The position numbers and the translations under genes were made by a program. DNA of 64,000 nt, from contig NIVC01003682.1 in assembly GCA_002269645.1 (NCBI GenBank), positions 19,138-83,137 on the forward strand, in the 5' to 3' direction. This DNA comes from Macrostomum lignano. Its lineage: Eukaryota. A model generated the notes under the pieces. That model saw only the letters and a list, made by a program, of their open reading frames with translations, did no database searches and was not told where the DNA came from. The stretch's first letter is position 1, and each line of letters begins with the position of its first letter. Of the stretch, positions 58,901 to 64,000 are shown piece after piece.

Positions 58901-61900
58901 GAAACTCGTACTCTTCGTCTTCGTCCAGCCCATCGATCAGAGCGTCACTGGCCGAGCCTGGAACAGTGGCGGCCGTCTCCCAGTCACCATTTTTCTTTCG
59001 CTTCTCAACTTTGAATCCTGTCAAGCGACCGCCGCCCTCGTTTAGCGGCTTGGTCCACTCCAGCTCCGCAAAGTTCTTGCCAGTCTTGGTGACCGCCGGA
59101 GTTCCCGGATTTCCTGGTGGACTAATCTTCGATTTGGTCTCCACCGGCTTGGTGGCAGCGCTGGGCTCGCCCAGGCCGGCATCATTTTTGGCGCGGACAC
59201 GAAATTCGTATTTAGTATTCTTGTCGAGTCCAGGCACTGTCATCTTGTTGCCCTTGACTGGGAAGTCATTCGCCTTCTTCCACTTGTTGCTGCTCGGCTC
59301 TTTGTACTCAACAACGTAGCCTTGAACTTTGTTGCCGCCGTCGCTACGTGGCTTTTTCCAAGACAACGAAACCGAGCTCTCATCGACGCCCGTCACATCG
59401 AGTCCCTCCGGCGCGCCAGGCGGCTGGAAGGCAAGCTTCGGCGTCACCGCCGTCTCGAGCTCCAGCGGCTCGCTAAGCCCGTGCAGATTCTCCGCACGAA
59501 CTCGAAACTTCACAGGCTTGCCTTCGTCCAGGCCGAATGCCTCATACTCCGGCTTCCTGACGAACTTTGACAGCGGAACCCACTCGCCCGTGCGCGGGTC
59601 CTGCTTCTCAACGACATAGTTTTCAACTGGCGCTCCGCCGTCGTCCTTCGGTGGCCGCCAGGTAAGCGTGCAACTGTCGGGTCCGATTTTGGACACCTCC
59701 AGCGGACCTTCAGGCATCGCCGGTTTGTCCACGATATTAACTTTTGGCTCTATCGAGTCGCGGCCTGCTCGGTTCTTGAGCGTGACAGTATACTTCCCTT
59801 CGTCAGCCTTAACAGCCTTTTTGCAGACGATGACCACTTCCGATGTCTCCTCACGAATTTCAAAGCGCTCTACTGGTACCGCGGTAGCGCCATGGAAGCA
59901 CTCGACATTCTCTGGCGGAGAGCCTTCGAACGGAATGCGAAGCTTGAACTCTTCGCCAGCGGCAGCTGTGACGTCCTTGGTAGCGAAATCGGATAGAATT
60001 CGAGGCGCAGTTTGCGGCGCTTGCACTTTAACCGCATCGGTGGGCTCGCTGGGCTCACCTGGGCCAGCTTTGTTCACAGGAGTGACGCGAAACTCGAACT
60101 CCTTGCCTTCTGGCAAGTTTTTGGCGGTGAAGTTTGTACTGGACACTGGGGTTACTGAGGCCTTCGACCAGGATTTATCACCCTTAGCTCGCTTCTCCAC
60201 AATGTAGCCAGTGACGGGGGAGCCGCCATTGTTCCTTGGCGGCTGCCAGCTGAGCGCTACACTGTCTGCGGTCACTTCCTCCACCGCTGGCTGGTTGCAG
60301 GCGGACGGTGGTTCAAATGGCAGCTTCGGTGTGACTGGCGAGATCGTCTGTAGGGGTTCGCCGCGGCCCTGGGCGTTCTCAGCCATTACTCGAAACTCAT
60401 AAGGCTTGCCCTCTTCGAGGTTCTTCACAGTGGCGGTCGGTGAGCTCAAGAAGCTGCTAACGGGTAGCCATTCATCTGTGCCCTTAATTCGTTTTTCAAG
60501 CACATAGTTGGACACTGGCTCACCGCCGTCCGACTTTGGCGGTGCCCACTTCAGCGTCACCTGGTTGGCGTCAATGTCAGTGGCTTCCAGTGGGCCTGTG
60601 CAAGGACCGGGCTTATCAAGCACGGTCACTCGAAGTGAGCCAGTGTCCTTGCCCATGGAGTTTCGCAGCGTGATTTTGTACTCTCCGCTGTTGCTACCAG
60701 TCGCCTTGGCAACCGTGTAAACTAACTGCCCAGCATCGCCATCGGGTGTCTCCGTGATACTCAGCTTACCCTCCGACGTGGCGTCAAAGTCCTTATCGTC
60801 CTTCTCGAATTCGGCCGTCGGCTTGGGAAGCCGGTGTAGGGGATCTTGATCACCAAGTCTTGGCCGGCCTTGATTGTCAGGTCGCGCAGTCCGGACAGGT
60901 CGAGCCGCGGCGCTTCAGGTTGGTTCTCCGCCTTGAGTGTCTTCGTAGGCCGGGTCGGTTCGCCCGGTCCGGCCTCGTTCTCCGCGCGCACCCGAAACTG
61001 CGCCTCCTCACCCTCGGCCATCGGCACAAAGGCGGACCGCTCGTTGGCTGGCACGGTCTTCACTGGCACCCATTCGCCGTCCGGATTCTTCTTCTCTACT
61101 ACGTAGTCCTTCACCTTGCCGCCGCCTTCGTTCTTCGGCTTAGCCCAGCTGAGCTGCACGCCGTCCTTTTTCTGCTTGTCAACATTGAGGTCGCCCGGAG
61201 GCCCGGCTGGGAACACCGGGTCGCGAACTATCAGCGGCTGGGTTGCTTTCGACGGCTTGCCAAGTCCAGCGGCGTTGACAGCGCAAACGCGGAACTCGTA
61301 CTCGCGACCCTCGTTGAGGCTAGTGACATTGAAGGATAGTTTCTCCGTTGATGGCACAAACGGGGTCGCCTTCTCCCAGTCGCTGCCCTTCTGCTTCTTT
61401 TCTATCACGTAGCCAACAATTGGATTGCCGCCGTCACTTTTCGGCGGCTTCCAAGCCAGGGACACCTGGAATCGGTCGTACTTTTCGATGGTCAGGTGCT
61501 CCGGCGCGTCTGCGCGCGTCGAAAGGATTTTTGGCTAGAATCGCGCCGCCACTCGTCTCCAGCGGCTCGCTGACACCGAACCTGTTGACTGCCTTGACTC
61601 TGAACCTGTAGCGCTTGCCTTCAACGAGCTGTTTCACTGCACAGGTGGGCTGGTCGGTGCGCGCCTGGCACTTTTTCCCAGATTCCGCTGCCCTCCTCAC
61701 ACATTTCCACAATGTAGTCGAGTATCTCGCAGCCACCAGTGTCCTTCGGCGGCTTCCATTGCAGCCGACACGAATCCGCCAGTAGGTCTTTCACTTCCAG
61801 CGGGCCCTCAGGCGGATCCGGTTTGTCCATCACAACAACACGGATGCTAGCATCCTCCTTTCCGTGCTCATTTGTCAGCGAGACATAATAAGTACCAGCA

Positions 61901-64000
61901 TCGGCCTTTTTTGCGCTGTCCACACGAAAGCCAGTGAGTTCCTCGGTGTCCGTCACCCTAGCGGCGGCCTGCATCTGCGCTCCGGAGTCTCTGGTCCACG
62001 CGATGGTCGGCTTCGGAGCGCCCTCGATCGGGATCTGAATTTCGATTGGCTCGCCGGCGCGGACGCGAATCTCTCTGCCCGGCCCGAGTCCCAGGGAGTC
62101 CAGGTTCAGCTTCGGTGCCGCCTTCGCTGGCTTGGCCTTGACGTGCTTGCTCGGTCCCGAAGGCTGGCTGGGTCCGGCCTTGTTCACTGCGGTCACTCTA
62201 TACTCGTATTCTTTGTTCTCTTTTACAGTCTCGTCGGTGAATTCCAGTTCTACCACCCGGTCTCTGGTCACCTTGGTCCACCTGGTGCCCTTGATTTCCT
62301 TACGCTCGATGATGTAACCGAGAATCGGCGCTCCACCATCGCTGCGCGGCGGCTTGTAGGCGATCTTCACGAACGTCTTGTTGTGGTCCAGAATCTCGGG
62401 TGGGGACGGTGCGTCCGGTTCTTCGAATGGATTCTTGATCTTTGTTGGCTCCTCCGTCTCCAAGGGTTCGCCAACTCCCTGAGCGGTTTCCGCTGACACA
62501 CGAAAGAGATACTCGTGGCCCTCCTGCAGCTTATTCGCCGTGAATGTTGTGCCAGAAACCATCTCAGACACAGTCTCCCACTCTCGCTTTTTCAAATCGT
62601 ACTTCTGCAAAACATAATTTTGAATTGGACTGCCCCCGTCATCTTTGGGCGGCTTCCACGACAACTGACAGCTATTCTTAGTTACTTCTGACACCTGGAG
62701 CGGCCCCTCTGGTCGGGACGGCTTTCCTAAGACAACTACTTCGATTTCAGCGGAGTCCTCGCCGACTTCATTAGTGACTGTCAGACGGTAGAGCCCGGTG
62801 TGCTTGCGCAAGCCTTCCTTAATAGTCACCTTGGAACAGCCGATGTCGGACTCGACTTGAATATCCTCCGCAAGCGGATTGTCGCCCACCACCCAAACTG
62901 GCGTTGGCGGCGGCTCACCAATGAATTTGAGCTCCAGAACAATTGGCGCACCCGCCTTTATATTAACGGCTTGATGCCCATGCGATCGATGCGCGGCTTA
63001 AGGAAGCGCGGCTTGGCTACCACTGGCCCGGCCGGGGCGCTCGGGTCCGAGCTGCCGGCTTTGTTCACCGCGATCACCCGGAACTCGTACTCCTGGCCCT
63101 CTTTCAGGCCTTCGACTTTTGCTTTCAGATCTTTCGGACCAACCTCCTTGGCAACGGTCCAAGTGGTTGATGTCTTGCTGCGACTCTCAATCACATATTT
63201 TAACACTGGCGAACCGTTGTCGTTCTTTGGAGCAGTCCAATCCAGCTCGGCAAAGTTCTTGTCCCAGTCCAGCAGTTTGCACGGACCGGAGGATCTGCGC
63301 GATCCCAGGGATCTCGAGCTAAGGTGGCTTTCGTGGTCTCCAACCAGTCCGAGTGACCCTCTGCGTTAACCGCCCTCACACGAAACTTGTACTTGTTGCC
63401 CTCCACTAGACCCGTCACCCGGCACTCCTCTTTTTTCACAGACTTAAAACGGCTTCCACTGTCCATCGGCAACGTCCATGAGCTCGACATCGTATGCAGT
63501 GATTGGCGAGCCGCCATCGTCTTCTGGCGGTCCCACATCAGGGTGCAGCCGTCGTGAGCCAGCTCCATTACGTCCAGTGGCTCACCTGGCTTATCTGGAC
63601 GATCTAGTACCTCGAATTCGAATGGCACGACTCCTCGCCGGCCACTGTTGAACAGCTTCAGCTCTGGTACTTGCCCCGATCTGCTCTTGTCGCGCCCGTG
63701 CGTCCCAGCCAGTTCCTGCCGGGACCGGCCGGGGATGGCTTTTAGCTGCACCGTCTCCGGCACAGGTTCACCGTTGCGGATCAAGGCGACATTCGGTATG
63801 GAAAGCCCTTGACCGGGATGGAGCAAGAGAACGGCTGGCCCTTCTTGACGCGCATCATCTGGGCCAGCTTGCCGGCCAGACAGGGCGGCTTCTCGCATTC
63901 CTCAACCTGCATATTGCACTTGCAGCCGTGTTTGCCAACCTTGACGAGTACTCGGCCTCGTCATCCAGTTCGAGACTGTTGAATATTAGATAGTAATCGT
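46906..64000 (-). CDS. unc-22: Twitchin/projectin-like giant sarcomeric kinase, 3' portion (Ig/Fn3 super-repeats, kinase, five C-terminal Ig domains); continues beyond window
   Basis: Exons (minus): >64000-58086, 56383-56254, 55834-53919, 53510-53234, 53106-53004, 52322-52090, 51497-51186, 50447-49575, 48793-48499, 47452-47262, 46920-46906 (ILPC*). All have GT-AG boundaries with matching phases. Fn3 motifs LSWKPP.DGG...YEFRV.A.N..G; kinase GSGAFGVV, HLDIKPEN, DFGLA, TAEFAAPE. About 10 single-base frameshifts are present. Confidence 0.95.
46958..47187 (+). repeat. 21-bp intronic minisatellite (ggttccagcaccggatctaga), ~11 copies
   Basis: Inside twitchin intron 46921-47261. Confidence 0.9.
47478..48365 (+). 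repeat. 31-bp intronic minisatellite (atagagctgtgtccacagtgtgatagttgaa), ~28 copies
   Basis: Inside twitchin intron 47453-48498. Confidence 0.95.
48925..49550 (+). repeat. 45-bp (22+23) dimeric intronic minisatellite, ~14 copies
   Basis: gtgtcagatggggtcatagtta alternating with gtgtcagataggagtcactatta, inside intron 48794-49574. Confidence 0.9.
50465..51035 (+). repeat. 12-bp intronic minisatellite (ggggttcagctc), ~47 copies
   Basis: Inside twitchin intron 50448-51185. Confidence 0.95.
51520..51950 (+). repeat. 32-bp intronic minisatellite (gtccagagtgggctatcaatgatttcctaaat), ~13 copies
   Basis: Inside twitchin intron 51498-52089. Confidence 0.9.
52365..52960 (+). repeat. Adjacent 30-bp (~12x) and 24-bp (~8x) related intronic minisatellites
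   Basis: atagagactagtggcttccctaacagtcat, then agagattcgcttcccactggtcat, inside intron 52323-53003. Confidence 0.95.
53004..53106 (-). CDS. unc-22: Twitchin autoinhibitory-tail exon (absent from ORF track)
   Basis: tttttgcag|PNWFGGNLGIARLADFSSLRKLRMKEFQMHETSF-G|gtgagt matches the twitchin regulatory tail (GRIANFSSLRK-like). Confidence 0.85.
53530..53895 (+). repeat. Adjacent 14-bp (~17x) and 15-bp (~8x) related intronic minisatellites
   Basis: gtgtgtctattgga, then (g/a)cagtgcctattgga, inside intron 53511-53918. Confidence 0.95.
53919..55834 (-). CDS. unc-22: Twitchin exon with Fn3-Ig-Ig-Fn3 and N-terminal part of the kinase
   Basis: EELGSGAFGVVHRCKEKATGQIFVAKFI...; exon length fits the flanking phases only if two missing bases (~54942, ~55275) are restored. 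Confidence 0.9.
56704..57873 (+). CDS. Mucin-like type I membrane protein (signal peptide, ~27 x 9-aa T/P repeats, TM helix, short tail), nested antisense in a twitchin intron
   Basis: Hydrophobic N-terminus ALLATAISVVALLIRVAQTA; 27-bp in-frame repeats TFPTPPDPT (56946-57675); TM YLVPVLLAGGFIFIIVSLI; lies wholly within intron 56384-58085. Confidence 0.75.
   Translation: MHSNRQQHALLATAISVVALLIRVAQTAPVTDTTWSTDTASYASSTAAPTSGNNVTMATVVTTSIGTTVSFSDSTTTSDVLGTPPDPTTFPTPPDPTTFPTPADTTTFPTPPDPTTFPTPADTTTYPTPPDPTTFPTPADTTTFPTPSDPTTFPTPPDPTTFPTPADTTTFPTPPDPTTYPTPPDPTTFPTPPDPTTYPTPPDTTTFPTPPDPTTFPTPPDPTTYPTPPDPTTFPTPPDPTTFPTPSEPTTYPTPPDPTTYPTPPDPTTYPTPPDTTTFPTPPDPTTFPTPPDPTTFPTPADTTTFPTPPDPTTFPTPADTTTFVTPAAENISTTLSAGEMEQKRVEVVIRNYQTASTNVGAYLVPVLLAGGFIFIIVSLIRTAINAGL

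Overview
Eukaryotic (invertebrate animal) genomic DNA with GC-rich exons and GT-AG introns. The style suggests a free-living flatworm such as Macrostomum, which is inference only. Host genes: an intronless ALKBH8/Trm9-type tRNA methyltransferase (6295-7110, +); a MARCH1/8-type RING-CH E3 ligase (about 21.6-25.2 kb, +); a CD225/dispanin-like membrane protein (about 43 kb, -); and the 3' part of a twitchin/unc-22 gene (46906 to beyond 64000, -), for which I reconstructed 11 phase-consistent exons. A mucin-like type I membrane gene is nested antisense in one twitchin intron. Mobile DNA: a LOA/I-group LINE with RNase H, an Ingi-like LINE with RNase H and a 13-bp TSD, a degenerate intron-containing FLYWCH-MULE transposon that hosts a hAT MITE (8-bp TSD) and a Penelope-like GIY-YIG fragment with a minimal hammerhead ribozyme motif, and a CORE-type SINE. 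The most unusual structures are: (1) seven of the eight 3'-most twitchin introns, plus two MARCH introns, each filled by its own unrelated minisatellite; (2) a 622/623-bp tandem array of exon-intron units carrying an in-frame stop; (3) a ~1-kb near-perfect inverted repeat at the window start, enclosing a nested hairpin with palindromic apex and 21-bp repeat arrays. Many 1-bp frameshifts in twitchin look like long-read assembly errors.
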